This document shows positions 1 through 11,389 of a DNA stretch of 64,000 nt, in pieces. Source of the stretch: Octopus sinensis (Eukaryota). Every line of letters begins with the position of its first letter. Position 1 is the stretch's first letter. Location: the NCBI RefSeq assembly GCF_006345805.1, contig NC_043010.1, positions 57,784,001 to 57,848,000 on the forward strand. Reading direction: 5' to 3'. The position numbers were made by a program, and so were the translations under genes. The notes under the pieces are model-generated. The model did not search any database. It had not been told where the DNA came from and was given only the letters and a program-made list of their open reading frames with translations.

Positions 1-458
1 ACACACACAACACATGAATATGTCGACCATTGTATATGAAGTTGAGTGCATTAAGTTGAGGATGTTACCCAGGCATGTCTCCTGCATGAAAACCAAACAG
101 CAGAGTTGATGCTCACATACACAAAGTAGTGAAGTAAAACAATGTTATTAGGGGAAATGTTCGCTTGCATTATGATAATTTTAATTAAAAAAGGCAAAAG
201 ACAATGCCCGCTCATATGACATACATATATACATATATATATATAGATATATGTTTGTGTTTGTTTGTGTGTGTGTGTGTAAATAGATTAGTTATAGGAT
301 TTGTTATAATCTATGCACATCAACATGAAGAACTCCAGAAGTATCTAGGTGCACTAACGTAGGATTCAATGTGAATTAAAAAGAACAATCACGAAGGTGT
401 CATGTGTTGGTAGGATTCTGCAGGTATGTTGATATGTAAGCACCAAATCCAATTAAGC

Positions 459-682
459 TTAACCCTTTCATTACCAATCTGGCTGAAACCAGTTCTGGCT
501 CTGAATATGTCTTGTTTGCATAAGTTTTGAATTAAAACCTTCCACCAAACCTTAGTCACAATTTATGTTCTTAACACTAGCTTAATGACAACTAAGATAT
601 TTTACTAAATTCTTTGTTATATTTAAAAGTAATTGAAAGAAACACAGAGCATCTCAACAGAAATACAGTACGAAGGGGTTAA
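459..682. mobile_element. piggyBac-like MITE (TTAA-flanked), family A
   Basis: TTAA|CCCTTTC at 459-469 and GAAGGGG|TTAA at 672-682: TTAA duplication with CCC...GGG termini, 216-bp non-coding body. Confidence 0.75.
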
Positions 683-870
683 AGCTGACCCAGAGTTGTT
701 TCAAGGTGTGGCCTAGATATAAAAAGAACAGAAAAGGGGTTCAACATTTACTGCAGCTATTTTTGTAGAATTTCCTTGATGGATTCATAGATTACATGAA
801 TAACTACACCATGTTGTTTATTGGATAGGTCATCATCAAAGTTTTACCTCACCTATTTATACCTGTTGAA

Positions 871-957
871 AATTTTACCTGAAGATGGTGGATTCATGCT
901 ATGATGTAATTTAGGAATGCATCAATAAAATGCTACCCAAACAGCTGTAGTAAAGTT
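871..957 (+). ncRNA. Type I hammerhead ribozyme motif (Penelope-type), one core substitution
   Basis: Stem I AATTTTAC(871-878)/GTAAAGTT(950-957); CTGAAGA 879-885; stem II GGTGG/CTACC; C instead of G12 at 938, then AAA-CAGCTG-TA (palindromic ACAGCTGT stem III, cleavage after 949). Confidence 0.7.
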
Positions 958-995
958 TAAACCCTATTTGTGTTCCTCTTATATATATATATATA

Positions 996-1392
996 TTTAT
1001 ATATAAAAGAGAGGTTGTGTGCTGTCTGTCTCCTACGATTTAGATTCCTAACTACTCCCACATTTTGCGGTGCAGTTTAACCAAAACCGGGTATCTTATA
1101 GTCGTGATTCATATCGACCCCTTCTGGGTATTAGCGCGTGTCTACGATGAGTCTACGATTTAAAAAAAAATTTACCATCAATTTTTCCCATTTTTAATGC
1201 ATTTTTGGCATATATAAGGGAAGTAACTCTCTAAAAATTTATTATTAAATCTCAGAACGTAAAAAGCTACAGTAACACCCCCCCTCCTTTGTGGTTAGCC
1301 ATATTGAGATGGCTATTATACTTTACATCTCTAAAAATGCTTATATAGTTATTTCCCTTACAAACCCGAGCAACGCCGGGCGATACTGCTAG
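996..1392 (+). mobile_element. Non-autonomous Helitron (H1)
   Basis: 5' (A)|TTTATATATAAAA, probably a decayed TC start; 3' hairpin CCCGAGCAACGCCGGG followed by CGATACTG-CTAG|T at 1389-1393. Confidence 0.8.
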
Positions 1393-1565
1393 TATATATA
1401 TAAGTCCCCTTGAAACAGCTGTTTGACTCGTAAAACTCCTACTCAACCCCCTTAATTCCTGATATCATTTCCTTTCTGTGTAAGTCAGACTTTTTTTATA
1501 TGTATATATATGTACATTTTTGTATTAAATGTATTTAATATATTTTTTTATCAACATACTTGTCT

Positions 1566-1607
<42 letters not shown>

Positions 1608-1994
1608 CTAGCAGTATTGCCTGGTGTTACTCGGGTTTGCTTCGACCCTTTAGAATTGGAACTTTTGAAACGTAAAAAGTTTTCATTATGTAGCTTGTTA
1701 TTCTCTTTAAGTGAACATTTTCTGGTTGAAATACACCAAAAAATGGCGACACAGCAGTAAAAAAATCGTAAAAAATGGGGATTTTCATAGAAATAAAGCA
1801 CCTTTTTGGTGTAAATAATTTTTGGTCTTAACATGGCCTGATTTGAATTTTATCTTCTATGGAATGAAGAGCAAGCCTTCTTCTATCATACTCTCAATTT
1901 TGGTCAACTTGCGCTGCAGGGTCTCGGAGGAGATAGTGTTAGTTGAAGGCTACCAAACCTGTCACACACAGACAACTTCAGCTTTATATGTATA
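1608..1994 (-). mobile_element. Non-autonomous Helitron (H2)
   Basis: Reverse complement of the same 3' terminus (CTAGCAGTATTGCCTGGTGTTACTCGGGTTTG at 1608); 5' end reads TATACATATAAAGCTGAAGTTGTCTGTGTG on the minus strand. Confidence 0.7.
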
Positions 1995-1995
1995 T

Positions 1996-2505
1996 CATCA
2001 TCATCATCATTATCGTTTAACGTCCGCTTTCCATGCTAGCATGGGTTGGACAGTTCAACTGGGGTTCTGGGGAGCCCGAAGGCTGCACCAGGCCAGTCAG
2101 ATCTGGCAGTGTTTCTACAGCTGGATGCCCTTCCTAATGCCAACCACTCCGAGAGTGTAGTGGGTGATTTTATGTGCCACCGACACAGGTGCCAGACGAG
2201 GCTGGCGAACGGCCATGCTCGGATGGTGTTTTTTATGTGCCACCGACACAGGTGCCAGACGAGGCTGGCAGACGGCCACGCTCGGATGGTGTTTTTTATG
2301 TGCCACCGACACAGGTGCCAGACGAGGCTGGCGAACGGCCACGATCGGATGGTGTTTGTTACGTGCCCACAGCACGGAGGCCAGTCGATGCGGTACTGAC
2401 TACGGCCACGTTCGGATGGCTTTCTTATGTGCCACCGGCACTGGTACCACAAAGATACAAATTCCATTGATGTTCATCTATTTTGATTTGGTTTGATTTT
2501 GATTT
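1996..2505 (-). mobile_element. RTE LINE 3'-UTR-only copy with three 58-bp subrepeats
   Basis: Near-identical to the reverse complement of about 10220-10787; (CAT)n tail at left; 58-bp repeats at 2170-2345. Confidence 0.85.
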
Positions 2506-2522
2506 ATATATATATATATATA

Positions 2523-3021
2523 CTAGCAGTATCGCCCAGCGTTGCTCGGGTTTGTAAGGGAAATAACTATATAAGCATTTTTAGAGAGTACTTCCTTATA
2601 AATTCGGGTTTTCTTAGCCATTTTTGTTTTGGTGTCTTCAAGCCATGAAGTCGTTGTCTAAAAGAACGCTGGTTTCCTTCACAACGCATTACGACGTTGA
2701 TTTCTTTACACTCCCTTCCCCACAGCTTCACGAGGAGGGAGGGGGAGAAGCAAACAGGTGCAGCTGTGAGCGTGGACGCCAACTCCGCCGCCATCGACAC
2801 ACGATGCATTTTAATGCATTAAAATGGAATAAAAAATGATGTTAAATTATTTTTAAAATCGTAGACTCATCATTGACGCGCACTAATAGTCAGACGGGCT
2901 CGATATGAATCACGACTATAAGATACCCTAATTTGGTTAAACTGCACCGCAAAATGTGGGGAGTTAGGAATCTAAATCGAAGGGACAGACACTCACACAA
3001 CTAGAGTTTTATATATATAGA
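2523..3021 (-). mobile_element. Non-autonomous Helitron (H3)
   Basis: Canonical A|TC...CTAG|T junctions on the minus strand (5' TCTATATATATAAAAC at 3021, CTAG at 2523-2526); shares about 200 bp of 5' region and the 3' hairpin with H1. Confidence 0.85.
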
Positions 3022-3038
3022 TATGTATGTATATATAT

Positions 3039-3083
<45 letters not shown>

Positions 3084-3108
3084 CATATATGTATATATAG
3101 TATATATA

Positions 3109-3142
<34 letters not shown>

Positions 3143-3145
3143 ATT

Positions 3146-3216
3146 GGCTTCTTTCAGTTTTCGTCTTCCAAATCCACTCACAAGCCTTTGGTCAGCCCAA
3201 GGCAATAGTACAAACA
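3146..3216 (-). mobile_element. Fragment of tRNA-derived SINE family B
   Basis: GGCTTCTTTCAGTTT...CCAAATCCACTCACAAG matches the family B copies at 31339 and 32953. Confidence 0.65.
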
Positions 3217-4195
3217 TTCCCCCCCCCAATACACACATACACATCTCAGTCTCTCCAAATGATAATTCTCACTGTAAAGACAGAACTATTGACACACTTA
3301 AATTTTACTTTAGTGGTTGAGTATTCCACAGATACTTTTCCCAATGTGACTCTGACGAGTTCTGCCCTTTAAATTAATAGCTACACTCTTTCCTTACTTA
3401 GTTTTCCACGCTGGGTCTGCTCTGTATCTGCAGTGGCCAAACTTTGTCTAATGTGGCCACAGCATGGAGCTGCATCCACTACTGTGTGTGTGTGGTGGTG
3501 GTGGGGGAGGTGCATGCACATATGTATGTGTGTATGCATATATGTGTATGTGTGTGCATTTATATCTATGTACGTACTATATCATAGTATATTCCAGAGG
3601 CTAGTTATTAACTTGAAACTTAAATATGGGACTCAGGACAGTGTTAAATAACAAGAGTAAACATTTATTAGTAATATTAGCAATACATTATATATGCACG
3701 TGAGTGTGTTGATATATATATATAGATGTGTGTATATATGTGTGTGTGGATATGAGTGTATATGTATGCATATACACTCATATCCACATACATACCACAG
3801 CAAGTATGTGTATGTGTGTGAATGTTTGTGTGTGTGTGTGTGTGTATACCAGCATACTTATGTCAAGCAAATTGTTTCAATTTCATATGAACCATTCCAT
3901 AAATCTTGTCCAACTTTATTAGATCCTCTTCTGACACCCCACCAGCTCCTCTTAAAGCATCATCCATGTTTTACTGCTCTACACATACTCACACCTCTCT
4001 CTCTCGCTCCCTCTCTCTCTCTCTCTCTTTCCTAGATCTTCTCACAGACTCTCTGTTCTGCCACCATTTTATACTCTGAAGGCTCTTCTCATAAACCATG
4101 ATTCACTGTCTTCTACTAATGCAGCATCATAGATTTCTTCATATCACATACATGCTTCCTCTGTGTGGTCGTTCAGTCTGTTAGAAATAGCAGTT

Positions 4196-4400
4196 ACATC
4201 GTCTTCATTGAATGTCTGTTTTCCATGCTGGCATGGGTTGAGTGGTTTGACAGAAGCTGGCAAGACCAAGAACCACATCAGGTTCCATAGTCTGTTTTGG
4301 CATGGTATCTACAGCTGGGTGCCCTTCCTAATGCCGACCACTTTACAGTGTGTGCTGGGTGCTTTTCATGCAACACCAGCACTCGTGCTTTTTACGTGGC
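4196..4400 (-). mobile_element. Diverged RTE 3'-end copy
   Basis: TTTCCATGCTGGCATGGG...GCCCTTCCTAATGCC terminal module. Confidence 0.7.
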
Positions 4401-5044
4401 ACTATCACCAATGTTTTTCACCTGGTACCATCACATCTCCTTCAAATCACACTTTTGATAAAGAAAAAAGAAAAGAAAAAGATACTGGATAGTACAGTTG
4501 TTCAAGATAGCTGTAAGATGATGTGGTGGTCACAGGTGGATTATCTTTGATCATATGTTCCGTTCAGCCAAGGTTGACATTGAGCTAAACATCAACCCAT
4601 CTTTATGTGTCTACATGTGCAGACATCTTTTCTATAGGTGTTTTTAATTTGTAAACATCTTGACACAGCTTCCGACCTCTGTTAACAACTGTTCTCATCT
4701 GCTTCTCATCTACACCTGTAAATATCGTTAACCATTTTTAATCATCTTTAACCATCTTTAAACCTGTTCATACATCTGTAAACATCCTGACACTGCTACC
4801 TACATCTGAAAACACCTTTCTACACTGTTTTGCAAGTGTTTCTACCTCTATAAACAGTTTCACATGGCTGTCTGTGTTTTTGTAGATATTTTTACATGTC
4901 TGCCTGGAAAACCTTAAAACCTTCACTTGTCTCCTTCTGTACAAATGAAATTGCAGACAACTTTCCCTCAAATTATACCTTAATATCTTAAAAATCGGAA
5001 GAGACATTGGATTATGTAGTCCAAGGTAACCATGCTAGGAGTAA

Positions 5045-5225
5045 ATGTGGAGGCACATGGCTTAGTGGTTAGGGTTTTGGAATCATGGTTCACATTGCTC
5101 CAGTCCACTCAGTTGGCAAAAGTGAGTTAATCCTGCAATGGACTGGCATCCTGTCCAGGAGCAATACATCCACTATGGAAGCTGGGAACCAGCCTTATGA
5201 GTTTATATGACTCCGGAAAGAACTT
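5045..5225 (+). mobile_element. tRNA-derived SINE (family E), internally deleted
   Basis: GGAGGCACATGGCTTAGTGGTTAGG box-A-like head; similar copy at 53553-53810. Confidence 0.6.
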
Positions 5226-5655
5226 TATCCTATCTTTCCTGTTCTGAGTCTAAACAACATCATCATCATCATCACCACAAACATTATCATCGGCATTAAC
5301 AACATCAGTATCATCATCATCATCAACAACAACAAGACCCTCCTCATTCATACACAACAAGAATCTACTTCTCTCTGCTTCACCCCAAAATCTTTAAACT
5401 GAAATATCAGTTTTCTCCTGAAATTCTTCTTTCTCTTAAATAACCCAAGAGACTTTACTGCCACTGGTTCCACCATCAATACTAATTAGGAAACTAACTT
5501 AATCAGACCCACCTAATTAATTCCAAAGAATCATTGAACCATCCCTTATTATTCGGTTACTTTAGTTTACAAATTGTTAGCGGAAAGGAGGTAGGGACCA
5601 CTTTGAGTAAACATTCCCCACCAGTCCCATCTCCTTCATTGCAAAGTCGACACCC

Positions 5656-5658
<3 letters not shown>

Positions 5659-5748
<90 letters not shown>
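5659..5748. repeat. (CT)n microsatellite
   Basis: About 45 uninterrupted CT units. Confidence 0.95.
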
Positions 5749-5751
<3 letters not shown>

Positions 5752-6309
5752 GCCCATGCTTTCTGGTTATACGCTTTAACCATATTACAATTATCCCAGA
5801 TATCTATCTATGTCATCCCCTTTCAGTCTGGATCAGTGGTGGTGGTGGTGGTGGTGGTGGTGGTCAGCTACGTCATCTCTTCTGACTTCAGGAGTTGACG
5901 AAACTGAGGAAGCGAAAATATTTTCCATCAGTTGTTGTTGTTGTTATTGTCATTTAACCCTAGGTGAGATCTGATCAAGCAAACCAAGGCTGACAGCTGC
6001 TATAACCATTCAATTTCCCTGTTTTTTGTTTAGGAAACAACATTGTCCATTGTGCCTTTCTATTTTGGTGTAACTTGAGATTAAGTTGCTATATCTAGCA
6101 GGTCAACTGAACCACTCAGAAGCCCCACTGCTGTGTTATGGAATCAATTCTTTAATCCACAGAAGCACTCAATACACTGGAAGCCAGCAAACCCAGAACT
6201 GTGTCACCAATGGAACATAAAAGACAACAGGAAATATGGTCCAACATATGTGTATGTGTACGTGTGTGTGTGTGTGTGCATGAGTGTGTTTGTGTGTGTG
6301 CATGTGTGT

Positions 6310-6540
6310 TTGTGTGTGTGTCTTTGTTTTCCACCACCACTGCTTGACAACCAGTGTTGGTTTGTTTACATCCTTGTTACTTAGTGGTTCAGCAAAAGAG
6401 ACTAATAGAATAAGTACCAGGCTTAAAGAAATAAACAATAAACGAGTCCTGAGGTCAATCTATTTGCCTAAAAGTTCTTCAAGGCAGTGCTCCAGCATGG
6501 CCACGGTCTAAGGATTAAAACAAATACAAGATAAAATCAA
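6310..6540 (+). mobile_element. 3' half of SINE family B
   Basis: GCAAAAGAGACTAATAGAATAAGTACC...GTGCTCCAGCATGGCCACGGTC matches the family B 3' half. Confidence 0.7.
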
Positions 6541-7139
6541 AAATCCCTAACCCTAACCACTGAACCATCCTTTATTCAACAACTGATGCCTCTGGCACTC
6601 TTTCTCTCTCAGAAGCTGCTGCTACAATAACATTGGGCAATGAAATACAAACCTCCAACAGTTGATTTTTACCAATTCCTTCATATGTCTTCTCATTTAT
6701 TCCTTCTCTACAGCAGTGAAACAGGAACTGGTCCTATGAACCCCTCTTGGAGTTCGAACTATCTGAAGAAGCACTTCTTCCCAAATATAGAAAAGGAACA
6801 AAACAATAATATCTTAAAAGGGTTGCATCTGAAAACGGGGGCAAGTTGTGAGGTTTCATGCTGGTACCCCTAAATTCAAATGTGATTCTATGGAGTCCTT
6901 GTTTTAAATTCCATCACCAAACATACATTCTGCTTTTCCATACCTGCATTCTACCCATATTCTACCATTTCTACTTCCATTTCCTGTTATAAATTAAAAT
7001 CTGTCATTCCTCTCTGCCTTCTTTATTAAAGTCTCTGTTGACCATTCTAAAGAAATTGGTCGTTAGTTGCTTTTTTAGATACCATCTTGCTCCTCTTCCT
7101 TTTTCTCTCTCTCTCTTTCTTGGTGAAATTTTGTGCTTA

Positions 7140-7402
7140 CAAACAAACAACTGGCGCTCCGTCGGTTATGATGATGAAAATCCCAGTTGATCCAATCAAT
7201 GGAACAGCCTGCTCATGAAATTAACATGCAAGTGGCTGAGCACACCACAGACATGCGTACCCTTAATGTAGTTCTCAGAGAGATTCAGCATGGAGCAACG
7301 TGAAATAAAAGTGACTTACTCAAGGCCACAACACACCACCAGGAATTCAACTCATGACTTTCTGACAGTGAGCTGAATACCTGAATTACTAAACCATGGG
7401 CC
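7140..7402 (-). mobile_element. tRNA-derived SINE (family G)
   Basis: Minus strand reads GGCCCATGGTTTAGT...GAGTTGAATTCC (box A/B-like), then TGTTGTGGCCTTGAGTAAGTCAC, a CORE-like segment. Confidence 0.55.
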
Positions 7403-7631
7403 TTCACACTAACAAACATAAACTATTCAGGAGATAAAGTAGTCTATATATCTTATTAGATGCTGAAGTTTCTTGGCTTGTAAGTCTGAGTGTCATGTTC
7501 CCATTTGTTGTAACTTTTGATGATGAGGAGCAGCAAGACAAACTATAAACAAAAATGTTTGAAATCACATCAATATATGATTGGTTTGCAGTGCATCAAG
7601 AATTGATTGTTTTTAAAATATATCTCAACAA

Positions 7632-8656
7632 CCTCCTATTTATCATAGTCCTCCAGGCAATAACGGAGGAATTCAAGACAGGTTGCCCCTGGGAGCTCCT
7701 CTATGCTGATGACCTTGCTCTAATTGCTGAGTCACTATCAGAACTGGAGGAGAAGTTTCAGGTGTGGAAACAAGGATTAGAATCGAAGGGCCTTAGAATC
7801 AACCTAGCCAAAACCAAAGTCCTAATAAGTAGGAAGGTAGATCAATCACAAACGCCTTCAGGTAGATGGCCCTGCTCGATCTGTAAAAAAGGTGTAGGTA
7901 GAAACTCTATAAGATGCACCAAGTGTAAGCTATGGACACATAAGAGGTGCAGCAATGTCAAAGGAAGGCTAACTAGGAAAATAGTTTTTTGTCTGTGGCA
8001 AATGCTCAGGAGCAATAAACACTGGAAATGTGCAGAGACCAACTTCTGCCACGTTCCAGGGAGACAAACTAGAAGTAGTTGATAGCTTCCGCTACCTAGG
8101 AGACCAAGTCAGTAGCGGGGGTGGGTGTGCTGAAAGTGTAACTGCTAGAGTAAGAATAGCCTGGGCAAAGTTTAGAGAGCTCTTACCCCTGCTGGTGACA
8201 AAAGGCCTCTCGCTCAGAGTAAAAGGCAGACTGTATGATGCATGTGTACGTACAGCCATGCTACATGGTAGTGAAACATGGGCCGTGACTGCTGAGGATA
8301 TGCGTAAGCTCGCAAGAAATGAAGCCAGTATGCTCCGATGGATGTGTAATGTCAGTGTTCATAGTCGACATAGTGTAAGTTCCTTGAGAGAAAAGTTGAA
8401 CCTAAGAAGCGTCAGTTGTGGTGTGCAAGAGAGACGGCTGCGCTGGTATGGTCATGTGACGAGAAAGGCTGAAGATAGTTGTGTGCAAAAGTGCTACACC
8501 CTAGCAGTTGAGGGAACCTGTGGAAGAGGTAGACCCAGGAAAACCTGGGACGAGGTGGTGAAGCACGACCTTCGAACTTTAGGTCTCACTAAGGAAATGT
8601 CTAGAGACCGAGACCTATGGAAGTATGCTGTGCGTGAGAAGACCCGGCAAGACTAG
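7632..8656 (+). pseudogene. 5'-truncated RTE-clade LINE reverse transcriptase ORF (C-terminal half), one frameshift
   Basis: LLFIIVLQ...WELLYADDL...GLRINLAKTKVL...VDSFRYLG...RLRWYGHV...GRGRPRKTW; frames joined by a +1 T in the run at 7985-7990; stop TAG 8654-8656. Confidence 0.92.
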
Positions 8657-10620
8657 TTCAGGCCATAACCCGTGGCCCCTACCTGGGACGTAGTCAGTGC
8701 TCCTGTGCATACCTTCCTTCTTGTGACACTTATGAAGACCTGTTGAGGCAAGTGAAAATCAAATCAAAACAAATCAAAATAGATGAACATCAGTGGAATT
8801 GTATTCTTTGTGGTACCAGTGCGGGTGGCACACAAGAAACCACCCAAACGTGGCCGTAGCCAGTACCGCATCGACTGGCCTCCGTGCTGTGGGCACAACA
8901 AACACCATCCGATCGTGCCCGTTCGCCAGCCTCATCTGGCACCTGTGTCGGTGGCACATAAAGACACCATCCGAAGACCCGGCGACGTAGTCAGTCCACC
9001 TGTGCATACCTTCCCTCTTATGACACTTGTGAAGACCTGTTGAGGCAAGTGGTGTGACACTTGTGAAGACCTGTTGAGGCAGAGGCAAGTGTGTGACACT
9101 TGTGGAGACCTGTTGAGGCAAGTGTGTGACCTTGTGAAGACCTGTTGAGGCAATTGAAATCAAACCAAATCAAAATAGATGAACATCAATGGAATTTGTA
9201 TCTTTGTGGTTCCAGTACCGGTGGCACACAAGAAAACCATCCGAACGTGGCCGTAGCCAGTACCGCATCGACTGGCCTCCATGCTGTGGGCACAACAAAC
9301 ACCATCTGATCGTGGCCGTTCGCCAGCCTCATCTGGCACCTGTGTCGGTGGCACATAAAAACACCATCCGAAGACCCGGCGACGTAGTCAGTCCACCTGT
9401 GCATACCTTCCCTCTTATGACACTTGTGAAGACCTGTTGAGGCAATGTGTGACACTTGTGAAGACCTGTTGAGGCAGAGGCAAGTGTGTGACACTTTGTA
9501 AGACCTGTTGAGGCAGACAAGTGTTGTGACACTGGGAGACTGTTGAGGCAAGTTTGTTGACATGTGTGACACTTGTGAAGACCTGTTGAGGCAAGTGAAA
9601 TCAACCAACAATCAAAATAGATGAACATCAATGGAATTTGTATCTTTGTGTTCCAGTACCGGTGGCACACAAGAAAACCATCCGATCGTGGCCGTTCGCC
9701 AGCCTCATCTGGCACCTGTGTCGGTGGCACATAAAAACACCATCCGAAGACCCGCGACGTAGTCAGTCCACCTGTGCATACCTTCCTACTTATGACACTT
9801 GTGAAGACCTGTTGAGGCAAGTGTGTGACACTTGTGTAGACCTGTTGAGGCAAGTGAAAATCAAATCAAATCAAATCAAATCAACCAAATCAAAATAGAT
9901 GAACATCAATGGAATTTGTATCTTTGTGGTACCAGTACCGGTGGCACACAAGAAAACCATCCGAACGTGCCATAGCCAGTACCGCATCGACTGGCCTCTG
10001 TGATGTGGGCACATAACAAACACCATCCGATCGTGGCCGTCCGCCAGCCTCATCTGGCACCTGTGTCGGTGGCACATAAAAACACCAACCGAAGACCCGG
10101 CCAGACTAGTCAGGCCATAACCCGTGGCCCCTACTTGGGACGTAGTCAGTCCACCTGTGCATACCTTCCTTCCTTCCTTGTGACACTTGTGAGACCGTGA
10201 AACCTGTTGAGGCAAGTGAAAATCAAATCAAATCAAATCAAAATAGATGAACATCAATGGAATTTGTATCTTTGTGGTACCAGTGCCGGTGGCACACAAG
10301 AAAACCATCCGAACGTGGCCGTAGCCAGTACCGCATCGACTGGCCTCTGTGCTGTGGGCACGCAACAAACACCATCCGATCGTGGCCGTTCGCCAGCCTC
10401 ATCTGGCACCTGTGTCGGTGGCATATAAAAACACCATCCGAAGACCCGGCAAGACTAGTCAGGCCATAACCCGTGTCGGTGGCACATAAAAACACCATCC
10501 GAGCGTGGCCGTCTGCCAGCCTCGTCTGGCACCTGTGTCGGTGGCACATAAAAACACCATCCGAGCGTGGCCGTTCGCCAGCCTCGTCTGGCACCTGTGT
10601 CGGTGGCACATAAAATCACC
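8638..10620 (+). repeat. Higher-order tandem array inside the RTE 3' UTR
   Basis: Units start at GAAGACCC at 8638, 8973, 9370, 9746, 10091 and 10440 (partial); nested 33-bp and 58-bp subrepeats. Confidence 0.9.
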
Positions 10621-10787
10621 CACTACACTCTCGGAGTGGTTGGCGTTAGGAAGGGCATCCAGCTGTAGAAACACTGCCAGATCTGACTGGCCTGGTGCAG
10701 CCTTCGGTCTCCCCAGACCCCAGTTGAACCGTCCAACCCATGCTAGCATGGAAAACGGACGCTAAATGATGATGATGATGATGATGA
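10621..10787 (+). mobile_element. RTE LINE terminal module and (GAT)n tail
   Basis: CACTCTCGGAGTGGTTGGCGTTAGGAAGGGCATCC...CGGACGCTAAATGATGATGATG, contiguous with the ORF and array above. Confidence 0.9.
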
Positions 10788-11332
10788 ATAATTGCTCCAG
10801 AAAAAGCAATGGCTGTCTCTCAATAATGATAATGTTCTATTAGAGTATTTTGCAATTTTGTACTGAAAGATCTGAATTTGTGTATTCTTACAGACACTGT
10901 CTTTAATAGTTATTGAGAAATTACCAATGATCAGTTGTTGCTGACTCTAGTTTGGCCCAGCAGCAATGTCTTGCAAAGTACCAGCATCTTTCCTGTATAA
11001 TGGTGGAAGCAGACAGGGGAATGAACAAGAGTCGCTTCCCCTGCTTTTTTTTTTCCCCATGGAACTTAAAAAATGTCACTACCTTATGTGATGTGCTCAT
11101 TACCTAACCATGATATCTTTCTGCACACAGAAATGGATGGATGAAAATGTATCCTATTTAAAAATAGATGTTTTGGGGGGTCAAACCTTGATCTGTGACT
11201 TTCCAATCGTATCTTGGTATCTTCTCTGATTACTTCTGCTGACATATGTGCAAACACACATACATTGTTATATATATATAAATATAAATGTATATGCATG
11301 TATAAATATATATACACACAATTATATATATA

Positions 11333-11389
<57 letters not shown>

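Noticed and set aside
2036-2496. Cys/His-rich repetitive ORFs (also 8774-10765)
   Set aside because: By-products of GC-rich 58-bp UTR repeats open in several frames on both strands.
4600-5000. Weakly periodic ACATCT/AAAC-rich tract
   Set aside because: No stable unit length could be defined by eye.
9023-9600. CRISPR-like look of the 33-bp repeats
   Set aside because: Repeats are directly tandem without unique spacers, lie in a LINE 3' UTR in a eukaryotic genome, and have no cas genes.
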